The translations under genes were made by a program, and so were the position numbers. A model generated the notes under the pieces. It ran no database searches, was not told the origin of the DNA, and saw only the letters and a list, made by a program, of their open reading frames with translations. This document shows, piece after piece, positions 10,843 through 18,864 of a stretch of DNA of 64,000 nt. Numbering within the stretch: the first letter of the stretch is position 1; every line of letters begins with the position of its first letter. Source of the stretch: Alphaproteobacteria bacterium (lineage in GTDB: Bacteria > Pseudomonadota > Alphaproteobacteria > Bin95); NCBI GenBank assembly GCA_965205265.1, contig CBDBGH010000003.1, forward strand, positions 800,001 through 864,000. The letters are read 5' to 3'.

Positions 10843-11287
10843 AGGGCAAGTATGGCCTTCGCAATCCTTTTGGCGCTGATCGGGGTTCCCCTGGTCGAGA
10901 TCGCCGTTTTCATCGAGGTCGGCGGCTGGATCGGGTTGTGGCCGACGCTCGCCGTGATCGTGCTGACGGCCGTCGTCGGGACCTGGCTGATCCGCGCGCA
11001 GGGGGTGGGCGTATTGATGCGCGCCCGGCGGACGATCGCCGAGGGCGGCGCGCCGATCCGCGAGATGTTCGACGGGGTATGCCTTATCGTGGCGGGCGCC
11101 CTGCTGCTGACGCCGGGCTTCTTCACCGACGCCGCCGGGTTCCTGCTGCTGCTGCCGCCGTTCCGGGACCTCGCAGCAGGATGGGCCTGGCGGCGCTGGG
11201 GCGGCGAGGTCCGCGTCCGGCGGGCCGGGGCCGGCGTCATCGAAGGCGAGTATCGCGACGACACGCCGGGAGAGCCCCGATGATCCT
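10822..11287. repeat. 466-bp direct repeat, left copy (target duplication of the IS)
   Basis: Appears identical to 13204-13669 (offset 2382); ends exactly at the IS left inverted repeat. Confidence 0.95.
10852..11283 (+). CDS. fxsA: FxsA family membrane protein, copy 1
   Basis: PLVEIAVFIEVG..IG, GALLLTPGFFTD, VIEGEY. Confidence 0.93.
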   Translation: MAFAILLALIGVPLVEIAVFIEVGGWIGLWPTLAVIVLTAVVGTWLIRAQGVGVLMRARRTIAEGGAPIREMFDGVCLIVAGALLLTPGFFTDAAGFLLLLPPFRDLAAGWAWRRWGGEVRVRRAGAGVIEGEYRDDTPGEPR

Positions 11288-13203
11288 CCTGACTTCGACG
11301 GTTGGGCTGACTTCTGACCGATCTCGCGTCTGGAGTTTTCAGTAAAGCCAATGAGTTGGCAGTTGCGGTGCGGTCAAGCTGCGTTGTAGTGCCTAGTAAA
11401 TCTTTGAGACTGTCAATGCCTCCGCCACGCGCTACACTCCCCCCATGTTCGTGCGCATCAAGACCTCCCCCAACAGCCCGCGACGCTCGGTCCAGATCGT
11501 CGAGGCCGTGCGCGACGGCGGCAAGGTCCGACAGCGCATCGTCCGCCATGTCGGCGTGGCCATGGACGAGGACGAGCTCGAGCGCCTGAGGCAGCTCGGC
11601 GAGTACGTCAAGGCGAAGCTGGAGGACGAGCGTCAGCCGGCATTGTTTGCGCCCGAGAAGATCGCTGAGCAGGCGATCCGTGTCGGCCGCCGGGGGGACG
11701 GCAAGGAGGAACTCCCGGTCGACCTCAAGCAGCTTGAAGAGGAGCAGCGCCTGATCACAGGCATCCACGAGGTCTATGGCGAGATCTACCGGCTGCTGGG
11801 CCTCGACGCGCTGCTGCCGCGCTCGCGCTACCGGGCCTCCCATGACGCGCTGTTCCATGTGGTGATGGCGCGGGTAGCCAACCCCGACAGCAAGCGGGGC
11901 AGCGTGCGCCGGCTCGAGGAGGACTTCGGCGTGAGTCTTCCGCTCGAGAAGGTCTACCGGATGATGGATCAGCTCGACGCGACGGTGATCGAGCGACTGC
12001 GCACGCGCGTCGGCGAGGCGAGCCGGTCGCTGCTGCCGGAGCCGGTCGCGATCCTCTTCTTCGATTGCACCACGCTCTACTTCGAGACGGCCGCCGAGGA
12101 CGAGCTTCGCCAGCACGGCTTCAGCAAGGACGGCAAACACAAGGACTCGCAGGTTCTGCTGGCGCTGATGGTGACGCGCGAAGGGCTGCCGATCAGCTAC
12201 GAGGTCTTCCCCGGCGCCACCTACGAGGGACACAGCATGGTCCCGGTCCTGCAGGACATGCAGCGCCGCCACCAGGTGGAGCGCACGGTATGCGTGGCCG
12301 ACCGGGGCATGCTGAGCGCCGACAACCTCGACGCCATGGACGCCATCGGCGGCGAGTATGTCGTCGGCGCGCGGCTGCGCAAGCTGCCGCTCGCGCTGCT
12401 GGGGCAGGTTCTCGACCCCGGGACCTATGCCCCGCTGGAGGGCTCACAGGACCGCCGGGTCGGCGAGTGGGAGTACAAGGGCCGTCGCCTGATCGTCGTC
12501 TTCTGCCCCCAGCGCGCACGCAAGGACGCGCACGAGCGCCGCCATCAGGTGGAACGCCTGCTCGACAGGCTGGCCCGCAGCGACAATCCCAGGGAACTGC
12601 TCTCCAATCACGGGGCGAAGCGCTTCATCGCCGTCGAGGGCGACGCACGGCTCACGGTGAACCCGGAGAAGATCGCCGAGGCCGCACGATGGGACGGGCT
12701 CACCGGCGTCATCACCAATCTGCGCGACGCGCGCGTCACCGAAGTGATGGCTCACTACCAGGGGCTCTGGCAGGTCGAGGAGAGCTTCCGGATCACCAAA
12801 CACGACCTGAAGATACGTCCCATCTGGCACTGGAACCCGGACCGGATCCGCGCTCACATCGCCATCGCCTTCCTGGCCTTCGCCTGCGTTCGACACCTTG
12901 CGTACCGCGTCGCCATCCAGAAGCGGCGGATGTCCCCGGAGGTCATCCGCTCCGCCCTCGTCCACCGCCAGTGCTCCCTGCTGCGCTGTCGGCAATCGGG
13001 CAACCGCTACGTCATCCCCTCGAAGCCGACACCGGCGGCGGAGCAGATTTACGCAACCATGGGGCTGCCCCTGACGATCACCCCGTATCAACTCGCCTGA
13101 CCGTCGACGAAGCACGGCTCGAAGAAATGCCGGATGTAGTGCCTAGCCGAAATGAGAACCAGGCAATATCAACTACTTATGCGAATCAACCGTCGAAGTC
13201 AGG
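11288..13203 (+). mobile_element. IS1634-family insertion sequence, 1916 bp
   Basis: Perfect 17-bp TIRs: CCTGACTTCGACGGTTG (11288-11304) and CAACCGTCGAAGTCAGG (13187-13203); one DDE transposase; long flanking direct repeat. Confidence 0.93.
11445..13100 (+). CDS. IS1634-family DDE transposase
   Basis: FFDCTTLYFE, GFSKDGK, VADRGM, YQGLWQVEESFR..K..LKIRPIWHW...RIRAH. Confidence 0.93.
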   Translation: MFVRIKTSPNSPRRSVQIVEAVRDGGKVRQRIVRHVGVAMDEDELERLRQLGEYVKAKLEDERQPALFAPEKIAEQAIRVGRRGDGKEELPVDLKQLEEEQRLITGIHEVYGEIYRLLGLDALLPRSRYRASHDALFHVVMARVANPDSKRGSVRRLEEDFGVSLPLEKVYRMMDQLDATVIERLRTRVGEASRSLLPEPVAILFFDCTTLYFETAAEDELRQHGFSKDGKHKDSQVLLALMVTREGLPISYEVFPGATYEGHSMVPVLQDMQRRHQVERTVCVADRGMLSADNLDAMDAIGGEYVVGARLRKLPLALLGQVLDPGTYAPLEGSQDRRVGEWEYKGRRLIVVFCPQRARKDAHERRHQVERLLDRLARSDNPRELLSNHGAKRFIAVEGDARLTVNPEKIAEAARWDGLTGVITNLRDARVTEVMAHYQGLWQVEESFRITKHDLKIRPIWHWNPDRIRAHIAIAFLAFACVRHLAYRVAIQKRRMSPEVIRSALVHRQCSLLRCRQSGNRYVIPSKPTPAAEQIYATMGLPLTITPYQLA

Positions 13204-13669
13204 AGATAAGCCCAAGTCTAGGAAAGGGCAAGTATGGCCTTCGCAATCCTTTTGGCGCTGATCGGGGTTCCCCTGGTCGAGATCGCCGTTTTCATCGAGG
13301 TCGGCGGCTGGATCGGGTTGTGGCCGACGCTCGCCGTGATCGTGCTGACGGCCGTCGTCGGGACCTGGCTGATCCGCGCGCAGGGGGTGGGCGTATTGAT
13401 GCGCGCCCGGCGGACGATCGCCGAGGGCGGCGCGCCGATCCGCGAGATGTTCGACGGGGTATGCCTTATCGTGGCGGGCGCCCTGCTGCTGACGCCGGGC
13501 TTCTTCACCGACGCCGCCGGGTTCCTGCTGCTGCTGCCGCCGTTCCGGGACCTCGCAGCAGGATGGGCCTGGCGGCGCTGGGGCGGCGAGGTCCGCGTCC
13601 GGCGGGCCGGGGCCGGCGTCATCGAAGGCGAGTATCGCGACGACACGCCGGGAGAGCCCCGATGATCCT
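13204..13669. repeat. 466-bp direct repeat, right copy
   Basis: Starts right after the right TIR; same sequence as 10822-11287. Confidence 0.95.
13234..13665 (+). CDS. fxsA: FxsA family membrane protein, copy 2 (identical)
   Basis: Translation identical to 10852..11283. Confidence 0.93.
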   Translation: MAFAILLALIGVPLVEIAVFIEVGGWIGLWPTLAVIVLTAVVGTWLIRAQGVGVLMRARRTIAEGGAPIREMFDGVCLIVAGALLLTPGFFTDAAGFLLLLPPFRDLAAGWAWRRWGGEVRVRRAGAGVIEGEYRDDTPGEPR

Positions 13670-14213
13670 GCTGCGCCACGGCCAGACGCTGTGGAACCTG
13701 CATTACGGCCAGACGCGCATCGATCCGGGCCTTCCCGATCCGGGGCTGACGGAGGAAGGCTGCCGGCAGGCCGAGGCGGCCGCGGCCGCGCTCGCCGGGC
13801 GCGGCATCTCGCTGCTCTTCGCAAGCCCCTACCGGCGCACGCTCGAAACGGCGGCTGCCATTGCCCGGCGCCTCGACGTCCCGATTTCGATAGAGCCGCT
13901 GCTGCGCGAGCGGGCGGGCTTTTCCTGCGATGTCGGGACCCGCGCGGGCATGCTGGCCGGGGCCTGGCCGGACCTCGACTTCTCCGCCCTCGACGAGCAG
14001 TGGTGGTGCGAACTCGGGGAAACGCATGAGCGGGTGCTGGACCGCGCCCGCGCCTTCCGCGCCGCCGTGGCCGAACGCCCGGACCGCGACCGTATCTGCG
14101 CGGTGACCCATTGGGGCGTTATCCGCGCGCTGACCGGCGAGACCGTCGAGAACGGCGCCATCCGCAAGCACGACCCCTCCGGTCCGCTTTCTCCCTTTGC
14201 CGCCCCGTGCTAG
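13662..14213 (+). CDS. Histidine phosphatase (phosphoglycerate mutase-like) family
   Basis: MILLRHGQ, SPYRRTLETA, VTHWGVI; ATGA overlap with fxsA. Confidence 0.9.
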   Translation: MILLRHGQTLWNLHYGQTRIDPGLPDPGLTEEGCRQAEAAAAALAGRGISLLFASPYRRTLETAAAIARRLDVPISIEPLLRERAGFSCDVGTRAGMLAGAWPDLDFSALDEQWWCELGETHERVLDRARAFRAAVAERPDRDRICAVTHWGVIRALTGETVENGAIRKHDPSGPLSPFAAPC

Positions 14214-14223
14214 ACGGGCGGCC

Positions 14224-14736
14224 ATGACCGGGAACGGCGCAAACGGGGCGGCCGACGCGAAGCCGCGGGTGACCATCGGCGCGCAATATCTGAAGGACCT
14301 CTCCTTCGAGAGTCCGAACGCGCCGATGAGCTTCAACGAGCTCGAAACGCGGCCCGAGATCGGCATCGACCTCAATGTCGAGGCGCGCCCCCTGCAAGAC
14401 AACCACTTCGAGGTGCTGCTGCATGTCACGGCGCGGGCGAAGCGCGGCGAGACGGTCCTCTTCCTGGTGGAGCTGTCCTACGCCGCGGTCGCCTCCGTGC
14501 CGCCCCTGCCGGACGAGGTGAGGACCAGGGTGGTCGGGTCCGAGGTGCCGAAGCTGCTGTTCCCCTTCGCCCGTGGCATCATCGCCAATGCGGTGCGTGA
14601 CGGTGGCTTCCCGCCCTTCCTGATCGACCCCATCGACTTCGATGCGCTGTTCGAGCGCGCGGCGGCCGCGCAGGCGGATGGGCGCCGGCAGGAGGCGGGC
14701 GGGCAGGCCGCGCAGGAGGAGGGAGGCGGCGATTAG
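14224..14736 (+). CDS. secB: Protein-export chaperone SecB
   Basis: QYLKDLSFESPNAP, LLFPFAR, GGFPP..IDPIDF. Confidence 0.95.
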   Translation: MTGNGANGAADAKPRVTIGAQYLKDLSFESPNAPMSFNELETRPEIGIDLNVEARPLQDNHFEVLLHVTARAKRGETVLFLVELSYAAVASVPPLPDEVRTRVVGSEVPKLLFPFARGIIANAVRDGGFPPFLIDPIDFDALFERAAAAQADGRRQEAGGQAAQEEGGGD

Positions 14737-14938
14737 CCGGGACCGCGAATACGCGCCGCCCGAGGCGGAGGAAGCGGAGGTCTGGGGCGACCTGCTGCGG
14801 TCCTTCCTGCGCGGCGCCGCATTGCTGGGGCTGGCTGCGGCCGGCGCCGGCGGCGGGCTCTGGTATCTCTACTACCTGATGAGCACCGGCCGGATGGAGC
14901 ACTTCCCCCTCGTCTGCGGCGCCATCGGCCTGGAGTGA
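14732..14938 (+). CDS. Small single-pass membrane protein, start uncertain
   Basis: Hydrophobic stretch GAALLGLAAAGAGGGLWYLYYL fills the gap between secB and the hydrolase; possible ATT start after GGAGG. Confidence 0.45.
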   Translation: MSRDREYAPPEAEEAEVWGDLLRSFLRGAALLGLAAAGAGGGLWYLYYLMSTGRMEHFPLVCGAIGLE

Positions 14939-14942
14939 ACGG

Positions 14943-15836
14943 TCAGCCTCCCGGCAGGAAGGCGAGGAGTTCGGCGAGCAGTTCTTCCGGCGCTTCCTCG
15001 GGGATGAAGTGGCCGCAATCGAGCGCGCGGCCCCGCACGTCGTCGGCGCGGGCGCGCCAGACATCCAGCATGTTCAGCTTCGCCCCGGTCTGCCAGCCGG
15101 GCCGCTTCGGCATGTTGCCGGCCCAGAGCGCCAGCACGGGGCAGGCGAGTTTCCGGCCCCGGTCGGCGGCGTCATGCTCCATGTCGAGCGCGACGGCGCG
15201 GTAGTCGGCGCACATGGCGCGCACCGTTTCCGGGTCGGAAAAGCAGCGCAGATACTCCCCGTAGGCCGCTTCCTCGAAGGCTCCCGGAACCGCGCTCCAC
15301 TGGTCGAGGAAGAAATCCAGGAACAGCTTCGGGCTGGTGGAGAACACCGTCTCGGGAAGCGGCGAAGGCTGGCGCATGAGGTTCCAGTGGAACCACGAGA
15401 ACGCCAGGGAAGCGTCCATGTTCTCGAACGCTTCCAGAGACGGGACCACGTCCAGATTGGTGAAGCTCAGGACCCGCCCCGGATGGTCGAGCGCGAGGCG
15501 GAGCCCGACGCGCACGCCCCGGTCGTGGCCGACGAGGTGGAAGGCCTCGAAGCCGAGCGCCTGCATGACGGCCACCTGGTCGCTCGCGGTTGTGCGCTTG
15601 CAGTAGGTCGTGTGGTCGCCCGGTTCCGGGCGCGGCTTGTCGCTGTCCCCATAGCCGCGCAGGTCCGGGCAGACGACCGTGAACCGTTCCGCCAGGCGGG
15701 GCGCCACCTTGTGCCATTCCGCATGGGTCTGGGGATAGCCGTGCAGCATCAGCAGCGGCGGCCCTTCGCCCCCGTGCACGACATGGATCCCGCACCCTCC
15801 GGCGTCGATCCCGGACCTCTCGAATCCCTCGAACAT
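14943..15836 (-). CDS. Alpha/beta hydrolase, haloacetate (fluoroacetate) dehalogenase-like
   Basis: LHGYPQT, GHDRG nucleophile elbow, WFHW, CADYRA, CGHFIPEE. Confidence 0.85.
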   Translation of the reverse strand: MFEGFERSGIDAGGCGIHVVHGGEGPPLLMLHGYPQTHAEWHKVAPRLAERFTVVCPDLRGYGDSDKPRPEPGDHTTYCKRTTASDQVAVMQALGFEAFHLVGHDRGVRVGLRLALDHPGRVLSFTNLDVVPSLEAFENMDASLAFSWFHWNLMRQPSPLPETVFSTSPKLFLDFFLDQWSAVPGAFEEAAYGEYLRCFSDPETVRAMCADYRAVALDMEHDAADRGRKLACPVLALWAGNMPKRPGWQTGAKLNMLDVWRARADDVRGRALDCGHFIPEEAPEELLAELLAFLPGG

Positions 15837-15926
15837 GCGCTGCTCCAACACCCCGTTTCCCGGATCAGGCGTCGGAGGGGCGCGCCTTGTCAACGAAACA
15901 GCGCCCCGCCGCGCCCTCCGCCTCGA

Positions 15927-15955
15927 TTGACCCGGTCGTTTGCGCCCTGTATTCA
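15927..15955 (+). promoter_or_regulatory. Candidate sigma70 promoter of the fur-permease pair
   Basis: TTGACC-N17-TATTCA. Confidence 0.4.
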
Positions 15956-15986
15956 ACGCTATCGGGCGGATACCGGACGGCGGGAC

Positions 15987-16400
15987 ATGGCTGAGGAAAC
16001 CGGCATCGAGAGGCTGTGCCGCGAGAGAAACCTTCGCCTGACAGGCCAGCGTCGGACGGTGGCCCGCGTCCTCTCCGACAGCGCCGACCATCCCGATGTC
16101 GATACGGTCTATCGGCGCGCGAGCCGGATCGACCCGAATATCTCCATCGCCACCGTCTATCGCACGCTCAAGCTCTTCGAGGACGCCAATGTGCTGACCC
16201 GGCACGATTTCGGCGGCGGCCGGGCGCGCTACGAGGAGGCCGGCGAGCATCACGACCATCTGATCGATGTGGAAACCGGGACGGTGGAGGAGTTCTACGA
16301 CGCCGAGCTCGAAGAGATGAAGAGCAGGATCGCCGAACGCCTCGGCTTCGACCTGGTGGATCATCGTCTCGAGCTCTATGGCCGTCGCCGGCGCAGCTAG
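15987..16400 (+). CDS. fur: Fur/Mur family transcriptional regulator
   Basis: RLTGQRR, DHPDV, ISIATVYRTLKLF, HHDHLID. Confidence 0.9.
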   Translation: MAEETGIERLCRERNLRLTGQRRTVARVLSDSADHPDVDTVYRRASRIDPNISIATVYRTLKLFEDANVLTRHDFGGGRARYEEAGEHHDHLIDVETGTVEEFYDAELEEMKSRIAERLGFDLVDHRLELYGRRRRS

Positions 16401-18087
16401 CGCCCGGCGCCGGGCCTGGCGCACCGCGACACCGGACGGCTGGACCTGGGTAACCCTGTCGGTGGCGGCGCTGGCGGCAGCGCCGATCCTGGCCGTCATC
16501 TGGATGGCCGTCACGCCGACCCTCGACATCTGGCGGCACCTCGCCTCGACCGTGCTGCCGGGCTATGTCTGGAATTCCTTCCTGCTTGCGCTCGGCGTCG
16601 CGGTCGGCACGGTGGCTATCGGCGTCGCGGCGGCCTGGCTGGTCACCATGTGCCGGTTCCCGGGAAGCCGGGCCTTCGAGTGGCTTTTGCTGCTGCCGCT
16701 CGCCATGCCCGCCTATGTCGTCGCCTATGTCTATACCGACCTTCTGGAATATGCGGGCGCGGTGCAGGTGTTTCTGCGCGCCTCGTTCGGCTGGACCACC
16801 GCGCGCGACTACTGGTTTCCCGAGATACGTTCGCTCGGCGGGGCGGTCTCGCTGTTCTCGCTGGTGCTCTACCCTTACGTTTATCTGCTCTCCAGAGCGG
16901 CCTTCATCGAGCAGAATGTCTGCGTGCTGGAAGCGAGCCGCCTGCTCGGCTGCACGCCCTGGCAGGCCTTCCGGCGCGTGGCGCTGCCGCTCGCCCGCCC
17001 GGCGGTGGCCATCGGCGTCATCCTCGCCCTGATGGAAACCTTGAACGATCTGGGCGCAGTCGAATTCTTTGCGCTACAGACATTTACGGTCGGTATCTTC
17101 GACATCTGGATGAACATGGGCAATGCCGCCGGCGCCTCCCAGCTCGCGCTTGTGCTTCTGGTCGTCATCGCCGGTCTTATCTGGGCCGAACGTGCGGCCC
17201 GGCGTCAGCGGCGTTTCCACCACACGAGCGGACGCTACCGGCGGCTGGCGCCGCCCCGCCTTTCCGGCTGGGCCGCCGCCGGCGCGTTTCTGGCCTGCGG
17301 GCTGCCGGTGCTGCTCGGCTTCCTCCTGCCCTCGGCAGTGCTCGCCTGGTATGCGGTGACGGCCTGGCAGCCGGACCAATTGTCCGACTTCCTGAAATAT
17401 GCGGAGCACAGCCTCACGCTGGCCGGTATCGCCGCGCTGGCGGCCTCGGGATTCGGGCTTGTGCTCGCCTATGGCGCGCGGGCCGGCGCCCCGCCGGTTG
17501 CGCAGGGCGCGGCGCGTTTCGTGTCGCTCGGCTATGCGGTGCCGGGGGCGGTGCTGGCGCTCGGCGTGATGATTCCGCTCGCCGGCCTCGACCGCGGCAT
17601 CGACGCCTTCGCGCGCGCCGAATTCGGCGTCTCGACCGGGCTGGTTTTCAGTGGGACGCTGTTTGCGGTCTCGGCTGCGCTGACCGTGCGTTTCCTGGCA
17701 CTCGCCTACGGCACCATCGACGCCGGCCTCTCGAAGGTGACGCCGAATATCGACAGCGCGGCGCGCACGCTCGGCCACGGGCCGTTCGCGCGGCTGTCGC
17801 GCGTACATCTGCCCATCGTGCGCGGCAGCGTGCTGACCGGGGCGCTGCTGGTCTTCGTCGATTCGATGAAGGAACTGCCGATGACGCTTATCCTGCGGCC
17901 CTTCAACTACGAAACGCTGGCGACGAATGTCTATCAGTTCGCCTCGGACGAGCTTCTGGAGGAATGCTCGCTCTCGGCGCTCGCCATCGTGCTGGCGGGC
18001 GTGCTGCCGGTGCTGTTGCTGACCCGCATCATCGGCCACTCCCGCGCCGGCGAGGAGCTGATCCCTCGCCGGGCCGATGAGCCGTAG
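16378..18087 (+). CDS. Fe(III) ABC transporter permease (FbpB/FutB type)
   Basis: PLAMPAYV.AY.Y, LYPYVYL, two EAA loops, MKELP.TL.LRPFN.ETLA. Confidence 0.9.
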   Translation: MAVAGAASARRRAWRTATPDGWTWVTLSVAALAAAPILAVIWMAVTPTLDIWRHLASTVLPGYVWNSFLLALGVAVGTVAIGVAAAWLVTMCRFPGSRAFEWLLLLPLAMPAYVVAYVYTDLLEYAGAVQVFLRASFGWTTARDYWFPEIRSLGGAVSLFSLVLYPYVYLLSRAAFIEQNVCVLEASRLLGCTPWQAFRRVALPLARPAVAIGVILALMETLNDLGAVEFFALQTFTVGIFDIWMNMGNAAGASQLALVLLVVIAGLIWAERAARRQRRFHHTSGRYRRLAPPRLSGWAAAGAFLACGLPVLLGFLLPSAVLAWYAVTAWQPDQLSDFLKYAEHSLTLAGIAALAASGFGLVLAYGARAGAPPVAQGAARFVSLGYAVPGAVLALGVMIPLAGLDRGIDAFARAEFGVSTGLVFSGTLFAVSAALTVRFLALAYGTIDAGLSKVTPNIDSAARTLGHGPFARLSRVHLPIVRGSVLTGALLVFVDSMKELPMTLILRPFNYETLATNVYQFASDELLEECSLSALAIVLAGVLPVLLLTRIIGHSRAGEELIPRRADEP

Positions 18088-18089
18088 CA

Positions 18090-18560
18090 TTTTGAACATG
18101 AAATGTTCGTTTATTCTGAAATAATTCAGAAATAACTTGACATTGATGATATACACCTCAATATAAGGCGGGAGGGAAGGAAGCGGCATCCGCGGGTCCG
18201 CTTCGTTTTCCGTTTCGCGCCGGCGCGAAAACAGCCCCCGATTCGGCCAACGGGCGAGGTGCGCCCTGCGCCCGGCTCGCGCGCGCAAGCGCATGCGGGC
18301 AATCAGGCGCGCGAACCGCGCCGGCGCGAAACGCCCGCCCGCGGGCGCGGGCGCCCGCGGGCGGGGTACGCGCGAATCAAGGTCCCGCCGCAGGGGGCAG
18401 CCCGATGGCGGGGAGGAGGGAGCGGAGTGGAACGAAACGGGAGAAAGGAACGACATGAAGGAAGCCGACGGACACAGCTTCGAGGAAGGACGGACCTCAT
18501 GCCCCAAACGGCTACAGCATATGCCCCGTTCGCATGCGGATCATGACATCGCATGACATG
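18090..18560 (+). other. Dispersed non-coding element, copy A (AT-rich promoter, GC-rich core, 61-bp terminal repeat)
   Basis: Core 18217-18445 is about 80% identical by eye to the reverse complement of 50930-51143; CTTGAC-N17-CAATAT at 18136-18164; ends in CATGACATCGCATGAC at 18542-18557. Confidence 0.8.
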
Positions 18561-18763
18561 CCGTAACACTCCCGGCGGGAGGGGACAAAACAGGCTGGCG
18601 GCGGCGAATGGCGGCGCTTGACAACGGGCGCGTCCGGGGCTTCCCTTCGACCGGGGTATCGTGCCCGCGCACGTGGGGGATCGAATTGGAGCGTGGTCAT
18701 GGGGCGTTTGCGTTTCGCCGACGAGGGCTTGACATGGGTGTCTCGTTGGCTCGTGTATAATTT

Positions 18764-18846
18764 AGCGCCGAGCGCCGAGCGCCGAGCGCCGAGCGCCGAG
18801 CGCCGAGCGCCGAGCGCCGAGCGCCGAGCGCCGAGCGCCGAGCGCC
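18764..18846 (+). repeat. Heptanucleotide tandem repeat (AGCGCCG)x11 plus AGCGCC
   Basis: 77 bp of perfect units plus a partial unit, just 5' of the adhesin ORF. Confidence 0.97.
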
Positions 18847-18864
18847 CAACCTGCGTCTTCAGTC

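Noticed and set aside
10836-14429. ORFs 10836..12272, 13152..14213 (N-terminal part) and 13218..14429 as novel fusion proteins
   Set aside because: Artefacts of the IS and the duplication; the real genes are fxsA, the transposase and the phosphatase starting at 13662.
18225-18345. Shared peptide (ARLIAR...RAH..RWPNRGLF) on the opposite strand of elements A and B
   Set aside because: Mostly non-synonymous changes, a 1-nt indel between copies and no common start or stop; better explained as non-coding homology.
18764-18846. Heptamer repeat as a CRISPR array
   Set aside because: Perfect tandem 7-mers with no spacers and no cas genes.
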